In this document: positions 17,228-26,744 of the stretch, piece by piece
How positions within the stretch are numbered: the first letter of the stretch is position 1
Layout of the letters: every line of letters begins with the position of its first letter
Origin: a virus
Direction: 5' to 3' (one strand)
DNA length: 54,012 nucleotides
UHGV virus genome: UHGV-0393070
The notes under the pieces: generated by a model
What the model was told of the DNA's origin: nothing
Seen by the model: only the letters and a program-made list of their open reading frames with translations
Databases searched by the model: none
Translations under genes and position numbers: made by a program

Positions 17228-17299
17228 ATGCGTCATATTTGAGTCTACTTTGATATGCTGCCTTAACTTTAAGTGGCGGCATGATGAACAAAAAAGCCC

Positions 17300-17375
17300 T
17301 GGCGGAAACGTCGGGGCTTTGTAGTTTCTGGTAACCGAATGGTCGAAGGTTCGAATCCTTCCTGTCCCGCCAGGT
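17300..17375 (+). other. tRNA-like 3' fragment (T-arm, acceptor 3' strand, CCA) without a matching 5' half
   Basis: GAAGG-TTCGAAT-CCTTC (canonical T-stem/loop) is followed by CTGTCCC-G-CCA at 17345..17372. No complementary 5' acceptor strand (GGGACAG) or D/anticodon arms fold upstream. A 7-bp inverted repeat CTGGCGG (17300) / CCGCCAG (17368) brackets exactly 75 nt. Confidence 0.4.
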
Positions 17376-17507
17376 AAAGGCCTGACCTGATGACGGGCTC
17401 ATAATCCAATCCATCAGGGGCGCTGCTGCAACAGCGCCGCAGGCCGCCAGACCCAGCCAGGGTATTTTCGGCCATCAGCCGACATTGCTATTACCCTCAT
17501 GCTTATT

Positions 17508-17532
17508 GCCCGCCTTTTCGCGGGCTTTTTTA
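17508..17532 (+). terminator. Rho-independent terminator
   Basis: GCCCGCCTTTTCGCGGGCTTTTTT hairpin plus T-run, upstream of the holin gene. It is a candidate site of Q-dependent antitermination (tR'). Confidence 0.65.
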
Positions 17533-17639
17533 TTATCAGGTCCCGCGGGAATCATCATCGATACGCTTTGTTGAAAATCCAGCCCGACGGGCCTGACCCC
17601 TTTTAAACACACACAGCACCCCGGACCCGGAGGTGTGGA

Positions 17640-17960
17640 ATGCAACGTATGAACCCAACAAATGGACACGATCTGCCGTACTGGTGGTCGGCGGCCTTGG
17701 GTCTGTTCTCTTTGCTTAGCCTGCAGGATTACGTGTTTATTATCGGCGCGCTGGTATCGGCGTTCTTCACGATAAAAACCTATTACGCAAAACGGAAAGA
17801 AGAGCGTGAGCGTATGGCTGAGGAAAGGAAACGAACCCAGCTGCTGGAAAACTACTTATCTGATGTAGGTAAAAAACCTCACTCCGATCGTCCGGCTGCC
17901 GCCGAGGTGGTTACGGAGGCAATGCGGAGAATTTCCAGTGGCACAGTTGAAACTGAGTAA
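17640..17960 (+). CDS. Holin (pinholin-like, class II, S21-like)
   Basis: A 106-aa protein with two hydrophobic helices (WWSAALGLFSLLSL / VFIIGALVSAFFTI) and a charged C-terminus. It lies immediately upstream of, and overlapping, a SAR endolysin. Confidence 0.7.
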   Translation: MQRMNPTNGHDLPYWWSAALGLFSLLSLQDYVFIIGALVSAFFTIKTYYAKRKEERERMAEERKRTQLLENYLSDVGKKPHSDRPAAAEVVTEAMRRISSGTVETE

Positions 17961-18468
17961 GAAAAGCGGCGCTGCGGGCATTGCCTGCTCCGTCGGAGCG
18001 ATCATCGCTATTGTTATGAATGCGGGCCATGTAAGGACTAACGAGCGCGGGCTGGAGTTAATCGGCAATGCTGAATCTTGCCGACGTGATCCGTATGTGT
18101 GCCCGGCAGGTGTGCTGACTGACGGTATGGGTAATACGCACGGCGTGAAGCTCGGCACCGTTAAGTCTGACCAGCAGATTGCAGCCGAGTGGGAGCACAA
18201 CATCCTTGATGCTGAGTCCTGTGTTAACCGCTACGGAAATGGCCGAAAGCTATCTGACGATACTTTTTCAGCAGTTGTATCGGTAACGTTTCGTGCTGGC
18301 TGCGGAAACATGCGCACCTCCACGATGTTCTCACTTCTCAGAAGTGGGGGCATCACGGCGGCATGCAACCAGTTCCCTCGCTGGGTATGGGGTGGCGGCA
18401 AGGTTCTTCCTGGCCTGGTAACTCGCGCCGGGAAAGAAAAGGCGCTCTGCCTGGATGGTGTGAAATGA
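17938..18468 (+). CDS. SAR endolysin (GH24 lysozyme with N-terminal signal-anchor-release domain)
   Basis: An N-terminal Gly/Ala-rich weakly hydrophobic segment ([16 protein letters not shown]) is followed by a lysozyme core collinear with phage 21 R (..[51 protein letters not shown]..). The GTG start overlaps the holin. Confidence 0.85.
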   Translation: MAQLKLSKKSGAAGIACSVGAIIAIVMNAGHVRTNERGLELIGNAESCRRDPYVCPAGVLTDGMGNTHGVKLGTVKSDQQIAAEWEHNILDAESCVNRYGNGRKLSDDTFSAVVSVTFRAGCGNMRTSTMFSLLRSGGITAACNQFPRWVWGGGKVLPGLVTRAGKEKALCLDGVK

Positions 18469-18926
18469 GCCGACTAACAGCAATCATCTTCGCTGTCGTT
18501 ATCTGCCTGTTGGTTTCAATGTCCTGGGCTATCAACCATTACCACGACAACGCCACCAAGTTCAAAGAGCAGCGCGATAAAGCCACTGAACAACTCAGCA
18601 TGGCGAACGCCACCATCACTGACATGCAGAACCGGCAGCGTGACGTTGCAGCGCTGGATGCCAAATACACCGGAGAACTGACTGATGCGAAAGAAACCAT
18701 TGAGCGTCTGCATAGCGATGTCATTGCTGGTCGTAAGCGGCTGCAGCTCAACGCAAACTGTCCCGCGAACGGAGCGACCGGCACCAGCGGCGTGGGCGAT
18801 GCTTCCGGCCCCCGACTTAATGACACCGCTGAACGGGATTATTTCACCCTCAGAGAGCGAATCGAAACAGTGACCAGCCAGGTTAACTACTTGCAGGACT
18901 ACATCAGGCAGCAGTGTTTGAGGTGA
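18465..18926 (+). CDS. Rz-like inner-membrane spanin (i-spanin)
   Basis: An N-terminal TM segment ([20 protein letters not shown]) then a coiled-coil-rich periplasmic domain. Its ATG overlaps the endolysin stop, and it contains an embedded +1-frame Rz1 gene. Confidence 0.75.
   Translation: MSRLTAIIFAVVICLLVSMSWAINHYHDNATKFKEQRDKATEQLSMANATITDMQNRQRDVAALDAKYTGELTDAKETIERLHSDVIAGRKRLQLNANCPANGATGTSGVGDASGPRLNDTAERDYFTLRERIETVTSQVNYLQDYIRQQCLR
18685..18873 (+). CDS. Rz1-like outer-membrane lipoprotein spanin (o-spanin), embedded in Rz
   Basis: A 62-aa product with lipoprotein signal and lipobox LLVVSGC, followed by a Pro-rich mature part. It is entirely nested in the +1 frame of Rz, the classic arrangement. 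Confidence 0.7.
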   Translation: MRKKPLSVCIAMSLLVVSGCSSTQTVPRTERPAPAAWAMLPAPDLMTPLNGIISPSESESKQ

Positions 18927-19004
18927 ATTTATCTTTTTTTCCATTGAAATAACAAAATCAACCCCATATATGATTCGCAATACCAATCAAAAAATGGAGT
19001 TACT

Positions 19005-19161
19005 ATGGCCTCAGTAGACGAAAAGACAAAACTAGCTGAAATTGCTGCAAGCATGGCAATAGAGCTAATAAAAGCGAACCCTAGTGGGCACAATACCGCT
19101 GAGCGTGTGGCTGACGCATTCAAAACTATATATACAGCGGTCTACAATAAGGCTGGATAAA
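19005..19161 (+). CDS. Small hypothetical protein (52 aa)
   Basis: MASVDEKTKLAEIAASMAIELIKANPSGHNTAERVADAFKTIYTAVYNKAG with a TGGAG RBS 6 nt upstream. It is followed by a strong terminator. Not in the supplied track. Confidence 0.35.
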
Positions 19162-19188
19162 GACAGGTCAGCAGTTATTGCTATCACA

Positions 19189-19212
19189 AAGGCCACCTCC
19201 GGGTGGCTTTTT
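19189..19212 (+). terminator. Rho-independent terminator
   Basis: GCCACCTCCGGGTGGC hairpin followed by TTTTTT. Confidence 0.7.
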
Positions 19213-19533
19213 TAATAGCTAGGAAAAATGCGGACACACCGATCCCCGGAATGGAGGTTCCGTTTACGTGGCGGGCTAGTCTGGAGTTAAACGCGAAGCT
19301 TTACTCTGCGCTGGGGCAGTGCAATCTGGATAAGGCGGGGATTAGAAGTATTGAAGAGCGCCGCAACGTTTTGCTTACAGGGACATAAGCTCAAGCAAAG
19401 TCATAGAGATTTTCCATCAGGAACCTCGTTGAGTCGTTTAGTGTTCTCTCTGTGTAACGAATCAACATCTCTGAACTTATCCAGTCGCTCAGGGCCCTGT
19501 GAGACATTCTGGTGCACAACAAATTGTAGGAGC

Positions 19534-20046
19534 CTAATTGTGAGTTTCGTAATTCACAAGTTGATCTCCGATAGATAAGGCAAGGGTGAAGAAGCGGACA
19601 CTTTCATCGATTGCCTCTTTGTCAAACCCATTTATATTGACATAGGAACCCTTTTTAAAGTCTTGGGCCAACGCCTGAAGTATCTGGTGGTATTGGATCA
19701 ATAGCTTGGTCCTTTCCACGCCTAGCAAACCAACTTTATTTAGGTTGGCGTTATAAAACCGTGAGAAGTTATCAGGTATTAAAATTTCGTACTGAACCTT
19801 TGCACCAGCCATAACATCAGGGTGGTTAGCGAAAGAAGTGAAGGACTCTAAATAACCTCTTTCTCTCATTACTTTTTGTAATGACTCAACTTCCGCAATG
19901 AACCCTGCAGCAAATGACAGCTTTTCTAAATCATGATTACTGCGACTAATTTTATAGTTGATCCAGCCAGAAATACCCGCGCCTATACAAGCACCTATTA
20001 GGCCTGAACCTGCTGCGATTAGCTGATTAATCGTTGTAATTTCCAT
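19534..20046 (-). CDS. Membrane-anchored hypothetical protein (170 aa), opposite-strand moron
   Basis: An N-terminal Gly-zipper TM helix (LIAAGSGLIGACIGAGISGWI). It is AT-rich and transcribed against the late operon between the lysis and packaging genes. Confidence 0.5.
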   Translation of the reverse strand: MEITTINQLIAAGSGLIGACIGAGISGWINYKISRSNHDLEKLSFAAGFIAEVESLQKVMRERGYLESFTSFANHPDVMAGAKVQYEILIPDNFSRFYNANLNKVGLLGVERTKLLIQYHQILQALAQDFKKGSYVNINGFDKEAIDESVRFFTLALSIGDQLVNYETHN

Positions 20047-20128
20047 TCTTCCTCACATGACTGTCCAATGCAGAAGGACATATTATTTCATTGAGTGATC
20101 GCATAATAGCGAATTTACGGAGTTAACC

Positions 20129-20764
20129 ATGTTTGGTCATGATGAGAGTAGGCCATATCCTCCCGTCAACTTCACTGGCGAAAGCTGGCTACCGTATACG
20201 CGGATTATCCCGGCCACTGAAATCAGAGAGTGGGTAAATCAGCACATCCTCTTAGAAGAAGGTCGACTCCATAACCCTGACCATACGCACTTGCTCGATG
20301 CTGATGTCGCGTTCATGTGGGCCTCCGGCGCTTTCGAGAAGAAAGGCCGTTATGTACTCGGTCAATGCGAGCAGGTAATGCTACGCGCCGGAGGCTGGCA
20401 GAAAGCCCGTATGGAGCAACAGATGCATGAATGGTTCGGTCGCATACCGAAGTTCATCATCACCCTGGCTGCTGATTACTGCTCACAATGCAGTGACCTC
20501 GAATTCTGCGCGCTGGTAGAGCATGAGCTTTACCACATCGCCCAGGCCACTGATGATTTCGGAGCGCCTAAGTTCAACAAAGAGACCGGGCAGCCAGTGC
20601 TCACAATGCGCGGCCACGACGTCGAAGAATTCACTGGTGTCGTACGGCGATACGGTGCCAGCAAAGAAGTGCAGGAGCTCGTTGATGCGGCCAATGCGCC
20701 AGCAGAGGTGGCTCACATCGATATAGCCAGGTCATGCGGCACATGCATGCTAAAGCTGGCCTAA
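20129..20764 (+). CDS. HExxH-motif protein (putative zinc metallopeptidase-like)
   Basis: A 211-aa protein with HELYH (HExxH) in VEHELYHIAQATDD and several Cys pairs (CSQCSD, CGTC). It lies upstream of the terminase small subunit. Confidence 0.45.
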   Translation: MFGHDESRPYPPVNFTGESWLPYTRIIPATEIREWVNQHILLEEGRLHNPDHTHLLDADVAFMWASGAFEKKGRYVLGQCEQVMLRAGGWQKARMEQQMHEWFGRIPKFIITLAADYCSQCSDLEFCALVEHELYHIAQATDDFGAPKFNKETGQPVLTMRGHDVEEFTGVVRRYGASKEVQELVDAANAPAEVAHIDIARSCGTCMLKLA

Positions 20765-20796
20765 CAATATGACTGATTATGACAGGCAGGTAATCC

Positions 20797-21276
20797 ATGG
20801 CGACACTGAAAGGTGAGGTCAAAGCCTTCATCGTTCAGTCCCTTGCCTGCTTCGATACTCCATCCCAGGTGGTAGAGCTGGTCAAAAAAGAATTTGGCCT
20901 AAGCATCACGCGTCAGCAGGTCGAATCCCACGACCCGACGAAAGCAAACGGCAGGGGGCTGGCGCAGAAATGGGTGGACATGTTCAGTGCCACCCGAGAA
21001 CGCTTCCAGAATGAAATCTCCGATATTCCGATCGCCAACAAGGCGTACCGCCTTCGAGTTCTCGACCGCATGGCAACGCGCGCCGAGGGCATGAAGAACC
21101 TCGCGCTTACGGCAGAGATCATCGAGCAGGCGGCAAAGGAATGCGGCGATGCCTACACCAATAAGCACAAGTTTGAACATTCCGGCCCGAATGGTGGCGC
21201 CATCCAGACGATCACCATGAGCAAAGAGGAATACAAATCCGCACGGCAGGAGATGATGGAGGATGACGACTGCTGA
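20797..21276 (+). CDS. Putative terminase small subunit (DUF2280-like)
   Basis: A 159-aa protein immediately upstream of, and overlapping, the large terminase. It has an N-terminal HTH-like segment and an acidic C-terminus. Called by position and size. Confidence 0.55.
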   Translation: MATLKGEVKAFIVQSLACFDTPSQVVELVKKEFGLSITRQQVESHDPTKANGRGLAQKWVDMFSATRERFQNEISDIPIANKAYRLRVLDRMATRAEGMKNLALTAEIIEQAAKECGDAYTNKHKFEHSGPNGGAIQTITMSKEEYKSARQEMMEDDDC

Positions 21277-22741
21277 GCAAAGGGCATTTGCCCGTAAGGT
21301 TGAATGCGAAGAGGACGGGCTCTATTACGCTCGCTACTTCTTCAAGCAGCGCACCGGTGGAAAGATGATAGTCGCGCCTCACCATAAGGTGATTCAGCAA
21401 ACACTGGATCGCGTCATTGATGGTGAGATTCAGCGCCTGATCATCAACGTCCCGCCTGGGTACACAAAAACGGAGCTGGCGACCATCAATATGATGGGCC
21501 GTGGACTGGCGCTGAACTGCCGGGCCCGCTTCATGCACCTGTCCTATTCGCACAACCTGGCGCTGCTAAACTCTTCCACCGCGCGTGGAATGATTAAGTC
21601 GCAGGCGTATCAGTCGATGTGGCCCATGTCGCTACGCGATGACGCTGACAGCAAGGCTATGTGGTGGACCGAACACGGCGGCGGCGTTTATGCGTCGTCA
21701 GCTGCCGGGCAGGTTACCGGTTTTCGTGCCGGACACATGGAGCCAGGCTGGCAGGGCGCGCTGATTATCGATGACCCGGTAAAGCCGGATGACGCTTATT
21801 CGGAGATCGTCCGCGACGGCGTCAACAATCGATTTAACGAGACAATCAAATCACGACTGGCGATCGAGACGACGCCGATGATTGTCATCATGCAGCGGAT
21901 CCACTACCACGACCTGAGCGGTTATCTGCTGCGGGGCGGGAGTGGAGAGAAATGGCATCACCTGAATCTGCCGGTGATTATCGACAATAGTCAGCCATAC
22001 GAAGCTCAGTACCCTGAAAACTCACACGCTATACCGATTGACCATGGCTTACCTGACGGCTGGCTGTGGCCTTTTAAGCACAATGAATCGCATCGTGTAT
22101 CGCTGTTCTCGCACCGGCGCACCGCAGAAGCCCAGTACATGCAGAAGCCTCGCAGGTTTAATGCAGAAGGCGCTCTGTGGACAGAGTTGATGATCAGCGC
22201 GGCACGCGAACTGCAAATTCATCACGATAAGGTTCGCACTGTCGTAGCCATTGACCCGCAGGCAACAAACAGCGACGAAAGCGATGAAACAGGTATTGTT
22301 GCTGCAAGCTCATATGGTGCTGGTGATAAAAAGCAGTTCTCTGTGGATGGCGATTACAGCGGTAAATATTCACCTGCTGGATGGGCCAAGAAAGCCATAT
22401 CGGCTTATGAGCAACACGAAGCTGACGCGATAGTTATTGAGACGAACCAGGGTGGAGATATGGCGGAGGAGACACTCCGCAACGCCGGGTTCAAAGGTCG
22501 CATCATTCGTGTCCATGCCAGCAAAGGTAAGTATGCCCGCGCGGAGCCGATATCGGCGCTCTACGAACAGGGGCGAGTGGCAAATCACGGCAATCTCTAC
22601 GTGTTGGAGAACCAGCTGATGGAATACATCCCCGCCACCGCGAAGAAATCACCTGACCGCCTCGATGCGATGGTTTACGCACTGACTGAACTGAATGGAT
22701 CGCAACCTGTGGGGATGATGATTCCGAAACGCCTTCGCTAA
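21263..22741 (+). CDS. Terminase large subunit
   Basis: A 492-aa protein with an N-terminal ATPase-like region and C-terminal nuclease-like region with acidic residues (VVAIDPQATNSDESDETGIV.., IVIETNQGGDM). It overlaps the small subunit and precedes the portal. Confidence 0.8.
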   Translation: MTTAEQRAFARKVECEEDGLYYARYFFKQRTGGKMIVAPHHKVIQQTLDRVIDGEIQRLIINVPPGYTKTELATINMMGRGLALNCRARFMHLSYSHNLALLNSSTARGMIKSQAYQSMWPMSLRDDADSKAMWWTEHGGGVYASSAAGQVTGFRAGHMEPGWQGALIIDDPVKPDDAYSEIVRDGVNNRFNETIKSRLAIETTPMIVIMQRIHYHDLSGYLLRGGSGEKWHHLNLPVIIDNSQPYEAQYPENSHAIPIDHGLPDGWLWPFKHNESHRVSLFSHRRTAEAQYMQKPRRFNAEGALWTELMISAARELQIHHDKVRTVVAIDPQATNSDESDETGIVAASSYGAGDKKQFSVDGDYSGKYSPAGWAKKAISAYEQHEADAIVIETNQGGDMAEETLRNAGFKGRIIRVHASKGKYARAEPISALYEQGRVANHGNLYVLENQLMEYIPATAKKSPDRLDAMVYALTELNGSQPVGMMIPKRLR

Positions 22742-22756
22742 CCAAACGGACAAACC

Positions 22757-24106
22757 ATGACTGACAAATTAACTCTCGCCGTCAACCATGCGTTGAACGA
22801 TGCGCGGATGGCGCGCGCGCGTATGGGGCTGATGGCGCCGACGATGGGGCTGGACAATAAGCGCCATTCCGCATGGTGCGAATATGGCTTCCCTGAGCAG
22901 GTAACCTACGAAAATCTCTATGCCCTGTACCGGCGCGGTGGTATCGCTCACGGTGCCGTTGAGAAGCTGGTGGGCAAGTGCTGGCAGACTAACCCGGAAA
23001 TCATCGAGGGTGACGATGCCGACGAGAGCAAAGATGAAACCTCTTGGGAGAAGAGCGCCAAAAAGGTTTTCACAAAGCGCCTATGGCGGGCTTTTGCTGA
23101 AGCAGACCGCCGCCGCCTGGTCGGACGTTATGCCGGTATCCTTCTGCACATCAATGACTCCAGAAAGTGGGACCAGCCGGTTGTTCGTGGGAAGTCACTA
23201 AAAAAGGTTACGATCGCATGGGCCGGTTCGTTAACTGTCAGTCAATGGGTAATTGACGAGAATTCGGCAGACTACGGTCAGCCAAAGCAGTGGAAATACG
23301 TTGAGAGTCTGCCAAACGGAGGGACCAATCAGCGATTCGTGCATCCCGATCGCGTCTTTATCCTGGGTGACTACTCGGATGATGCCATTGGTTTCCTTGA
23401 GCCTGGCTATAACGCCTGCGTCAGCCTGGAGAAGGTTGAAGGTGGGTCAGGTGAGGCATTCCTGAAGAACGCCGCTAATAAGCAGAGCATTAATTTCGAC
23501 AAAGACGTTGATTTCAACAACCTTGCTTCTTTGTACGGCGTATCTGTTGATGAGCTTCAGGAGAGATATAACGATGCTGCCAGAGAGTTAAACATCGGTA
23601 ATGACGTTCTTCTGATTACTCAAGGTGCCCAGGTAACGTCGATGGTGTCGGCAGTTTCAGATCCTGACCCAACCTATAACGTCAACCTGCAAACCTTTGC
23701 CGCTTCTGTCGATGAGCCGGTGAAAATTCTGGTAGGGATGCAAACTGGGGAAAGGGCGAGCACTGAAGATCAGAAGTATATGAATGCTCGCTGCCAGTCA
23801 CGCCGCGGTGACCTGTCATTCGAAATTGAAGACTTCAGTGACAAGCTCATAGACCTGAAAATCATTGATGCTGTCAGCGAGAAGACGGTTATCTGGGATG
23901 ACCTAAACGAGCAGACTGGAACTGAGAAGCTCGCCAATGCCAAAACCATGGCAGAGATTAACCAGACGTTCCAGGGAAGCGGAGAGAACCCTGCTTTCAG
24001 CCGTGAAGAAATTCGCACAGCAGCTGGTTATGAAAACGTAGACGAATTCCCATTAGGAGAAGAGGATGGCGACGAAGAAGACGAAGCCACCAATTCTACC
24101 GCGTAA
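22757..24106 (+). CDS. Portal protein (DUF1073-like)
   Basis: A 449-aa protein directly after the large terminase with an acidic C-terminal tail (EEDGDEEDEATNSTA). Called by position and size. Confidence 0.6.
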   Translation: MTDKLTLAVNHALNDARMARARMGLMAPTMGLDNKRHSAWCEYGFPEQVTYENLYALYRRGGIAHGAVEKLVGKCWQTNPEIIEGDDADESKDETSWEKSAKKVFTKRLWRAFAEADRRRLVGRYAGILLHINDSRKWDQPVVRGKSLKKVTIAWAGSLTVSQWVIDENSADYGQPKQWKYVESLPNGGTNQRFVHPDRVFILGDYSDDAIGFLEPGYNACVSLEKVEGGSGEAFLKNAANKQSINFDKDVDFNNLASLYGVSVDELQERYNDAARELNIGNDVLLITQGAQVTSMVSAVSDPDPTYNVNLQTFAASVDEPVKILVGMQTGERASTEDQKYMNARCQSRRGDLSFEIEDFSDKLIDLKIIDAVSEKTVIWDDLNEQTGTEKLANAKTMAEINQTFQGSGENPAFSREEIRTAAGYENVDEFPLGEEDGDEEDEATNSTA

Positions 24107-24992
24107 CTATCAGGATCCGACAGGAGCAGATGCGCTGGAACGCCGGGCAATGAAAGACTTCGCCAGGCGGATGAATAAGATTGGCAAAGCGTACAAAGCA
24201 GCACTCGACAAAATACCTTCCTCTCTCGCAGTAAACGCCAGATACGAATACCAGCTAAACCCAACGCTACTCTCCATCATCCTGAATGATGCCAGTTATC
24301 TGGTTGATCAAGTGCTTCTGAATGGTAACGAGTACGACCTGTGGTTTTATGAGTATGTCGATTTGGCGTCAGAGAAAGGCACAGGACAGTCGTTCTACAA
24401 CCTCAGCCAGCAGTCGCCGGTGTACGCCGCCGGACGTGAGTCCCTGGCATCCATCCTTGCAAGCAACCCGTACCAGCAACGAATGGCGTTGGTGCATGCC
24501 CGTGTGTTTGAGGAAATGAAGGGGCTTACTGCTGACGTTAAGCGCGACATGGCACGAGTGCTTACTGATGGCGTAGGGCGCGGCCTTAATCCCCGAGACA
24601 TTGCTCGCAACCTCACAGATCAGACTGGCATCGAGAAGCGCCGGGCGAACCGTATAGCCCGCACCGAAGTCACTACCGCGCTGCGTCGGGCTAAGTGGGA
24701 TGAAGATCAGGAGGCGAATGACCTTTACGGCCTTAAAACCCTTCTGGTTCACATCTCGGCGCTGTCACCGACCACCCGACATACCCATGCAGTTCGTCAC
24801 GCACACCTCTACACCAATGAAGAGGTCCGCGACTGGTACAGCGAGGATGCCAACAGCATTAACTGCAAGTGTACTCAGCAGTCAGTGTTAGTCGATGAAG
24901 AGGGCAAGCCGATTTATCCGGACACCATCACCAAACTTAAACAGGAATACAAAACGATGCAGGCGCGGGGTTACGCCTGGGCGGAGAAATAA
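24066..24992 (+). CDS. Head morphogenesis protein (SPP1 gp7 / Mu F family)
   Basis: The motif NRIARTEVTTALRRAKWDE is typical of the Phage_Mu_F minor head protein family. It follows the portal. Confidence 0.75.
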   Translation: MATKKTKPPILPRNYQDPTGADALERRAMKDFARRMNKIGKAYKAALDKIPSSLAVNARYEYQLNPTLLSIILNDASYLVDQVLLNGNEYDLWFYEYVDLASEKGTGQSFYNLSQQSPVYAAGRESLASILASNPYQQRMALVHARVFEEMKGLTADVKRDMARVLTDGVGRGLNPRDIARNLTDQTGIEKRRANRIARTEVTTALRRAKWDEDQEANDLYGLKTLLVHISALSPTTRHTHAVRHAHLYTNEEVRDWYSEDANSINCKCTQQSVLVDEEGKPIYPDTITKLKQEYKTMQARGYAWAEK

Positions 24993-24994
24993 CT

Positions 24995-26260
24995 ATGCCT
25001 ATGCAGGTCAATATCACCACCAAGGTGAACAGCCAGTCTATCCGGCGCGAAACATATAACGGCCGTGAGCATCTTGTGCTGCCGAGTTACACGCTTCCGG
25101 CGAACGTCGTCATGAATGGCGGACTGTACACGCAGGAAGAAATAGATGCCCACTACCAAGGGCTTGAAGGCACTCTGGCGCCGCTGGGACATCCGCAGGT
25201 TAACGGCCAGTTTGTATCCGCTTTCTCACCGGAGGGCATCAATGCCGGCCATATCGGCGCGTGGAACCGCAACGTTAAGAAGTCCGGTAATCGCATCTAT
25301 CTCGAAAAGTGGGTCGATGTGGCCCGCGCTGAAGAGTCTCAAGGTGGTAAGGAGCTTCTTGATCGTGTCGCCGCTATTGAGCGCGGTGAAGATGTACCGC
25401 CGATTCATACCAGCGTTGCGGCATTTCTCGATCAGTTGGAACCGAACGAGCAGCAGCGCGCAACAGGTGCCGACTGGGTGGCGAAGATTCACAGCATGGA
25501 CCATGACGCGATTCTCCTACACGAGGTAGGGGCCGCGACCCCTGAGCAAGGCGTGGGCCTGATGGTTAACGCCGACCTGGCACAGCCGCTAAAAGCTAAC
25601 TCTGGCGCGCTGGTGGGCGAATCTTGCCGGGAGCGAGAGCAGCGACTCGACCGGGCAGCCAAAGCGAAGTTTGCACCAGGTGAAAACGAATATACCTGGG
25701 TGGCTGACTTCACTGACTCGCAAGCGGTAATCATCCGTAACGGCGGTAATGCTGAGGTGTTTGGCTACAAGTCAGAGGGCGGAGTTATCACCTTCGACGA
25801 TACCGGCACCGCAGTTGCACGACAGGAGTCGTGGGTGGCTGTCGTCGCCAATAAACTCAAATCTCTATTCACACCGCAGGAACAGCCTGCACCAAACCAC
25901 AAAACGGAGGGCGACATGCCTTTAACCACTGAAGAGAAACAAGAGCTGATCAGCGAAATCGGTAAAGGCCTGGCCGCAAACTTCGCCGAAGCCCTGAACC
26001 CGATTAAGGATGTGATCACCGGCCTACAGGCCAATCAGGACAAGCTTACTGAAACGCTAACTGCAAACTCTCGTGCGGAAGAAAAAATAAAGCGTGAAGC
26101 AGTTGCGAAAGTTCACGGCGAGATCGTGGCTAACGCTCTTTCAGGCGAAGCGCTGGATGCGATGTTTAAAACAATCGGTGAATCCGCGCCGCTGGGCACC
26201 AACTCTGCGCAACAGCAGAAAGAAACCGGTGCGCCGAACCCTGACGAATATTTCAAATAA
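24995..26260 (+). CDS. Scaffold/prohead protease-like protein (DUF2213-like)
   Basis: A 421-aa protein between the head morphogenesis gene and the decoration/capsid genes. Its C-terminal half is helical, with a coiled-coil-like repeat character. Confidence 0.5.
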   Translation: MPMQVNITTKVNSQSIRRETYNGREHLVLPSYTLPANVVMNGGLYTQEEIDAHYQGLEGTLAPLGHPQVNGQFVSAFSPEGINAGHIGAWNRNVKKSGNRIYLEKWVDVARAEESQGGKELLDRVAAIERGEDVPPIHTSVAAFLDQLEPNEQQRATGADWVAKIHSMDHDAILLHEVGAATPEQGVGLMVNADLAQPLKANSGALVGESCREREQRLDRAAKAKFAPGENEYTWVADFTDSQAVIIRNGGNAEVFGYKSEGGVITFDDTGTAVARQESWVAVVANKLKSLFTPQEQPAPNHKTEGDMPLTTEEKQELISEIGKGLAANFAEALNPIKDVITGLQANQDKLTETLTANSRAEEKIKREAVAKVHGEIVANALSGEALDAMFKTIGESAPLGTNSAQQQKETGAPNPDEYFK

Positions 26261-26272
26261 GGAGCCAGCATA

Positions 26273-26731
26273 ATGGCACGTTATCGTCGCGTTAATATTG
26301 ACGGTCAGTCTCTGTACAAGACCGAAACCCGTAAAGTGGCTGTCGCGTCATTGCCGGGAACTTTCGTTACCATCAACGGTGACGATGAGTTTGCAGTAGC
26401 CGCAGCAACGGTTGGTCGCCTGTATGTGCTCGACCCAGCATTCAGCGAAGGACTGGGTATTACTGACTCTATCCCTGCCGGTCACTCCACATCTGGTAAC
26501 TACGTGGAAGAAGGCCGAGAACTGGCAATCCTGTGTCCTGCGGGAACCTACGCTAAAGACACCCCGATTAAGTTGGGCGCAAATGGTCAGGGGGCGATTG
26601 CCGACTCTGACACCGACACCGTTCTCGGCTATAGCCAGGACGATGCAACAATCGCTGCCGGTGCTACCGATTTTATCCGCGTGCGCTTCCGCGTAGGCAC
26701 TGTGGCCCCGGCAACTGGCGGCGGCGAGTAA
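26273..26731 (+). CDS. Putative head decoration protein (DUF2190-like)
   Basis: A 152-aa Gly/Ala/Thr-rich beta-type protein immediately upstream of the major capsid gene. Confidence 0.45.
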   Translation: MARYRRVNIDGQSLYKTETRKVAVASLPGTFVTINGDDEFAVAAATVGRLYVLDPAFSEGLGITDSIPAGHSTSGNYVEEGRELAILCPAGTYAKDTPIKLGANGQGAIADSDTDTVLGYSQDDATIAAGATDFIRVRFRVGTVAPATGGGE

Positions 26732-26744
26732 AAGGAGAATATGA

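Noticed and set aside
17283-17372. Possible complete tRNA gene
   Set aside because: Only the T-arm, acceptor 3' strand and CCA are present. No complementary 5' acceptor strand, D-arm or anticodon arm can be folded on either strand. Reported as a fragment instead.
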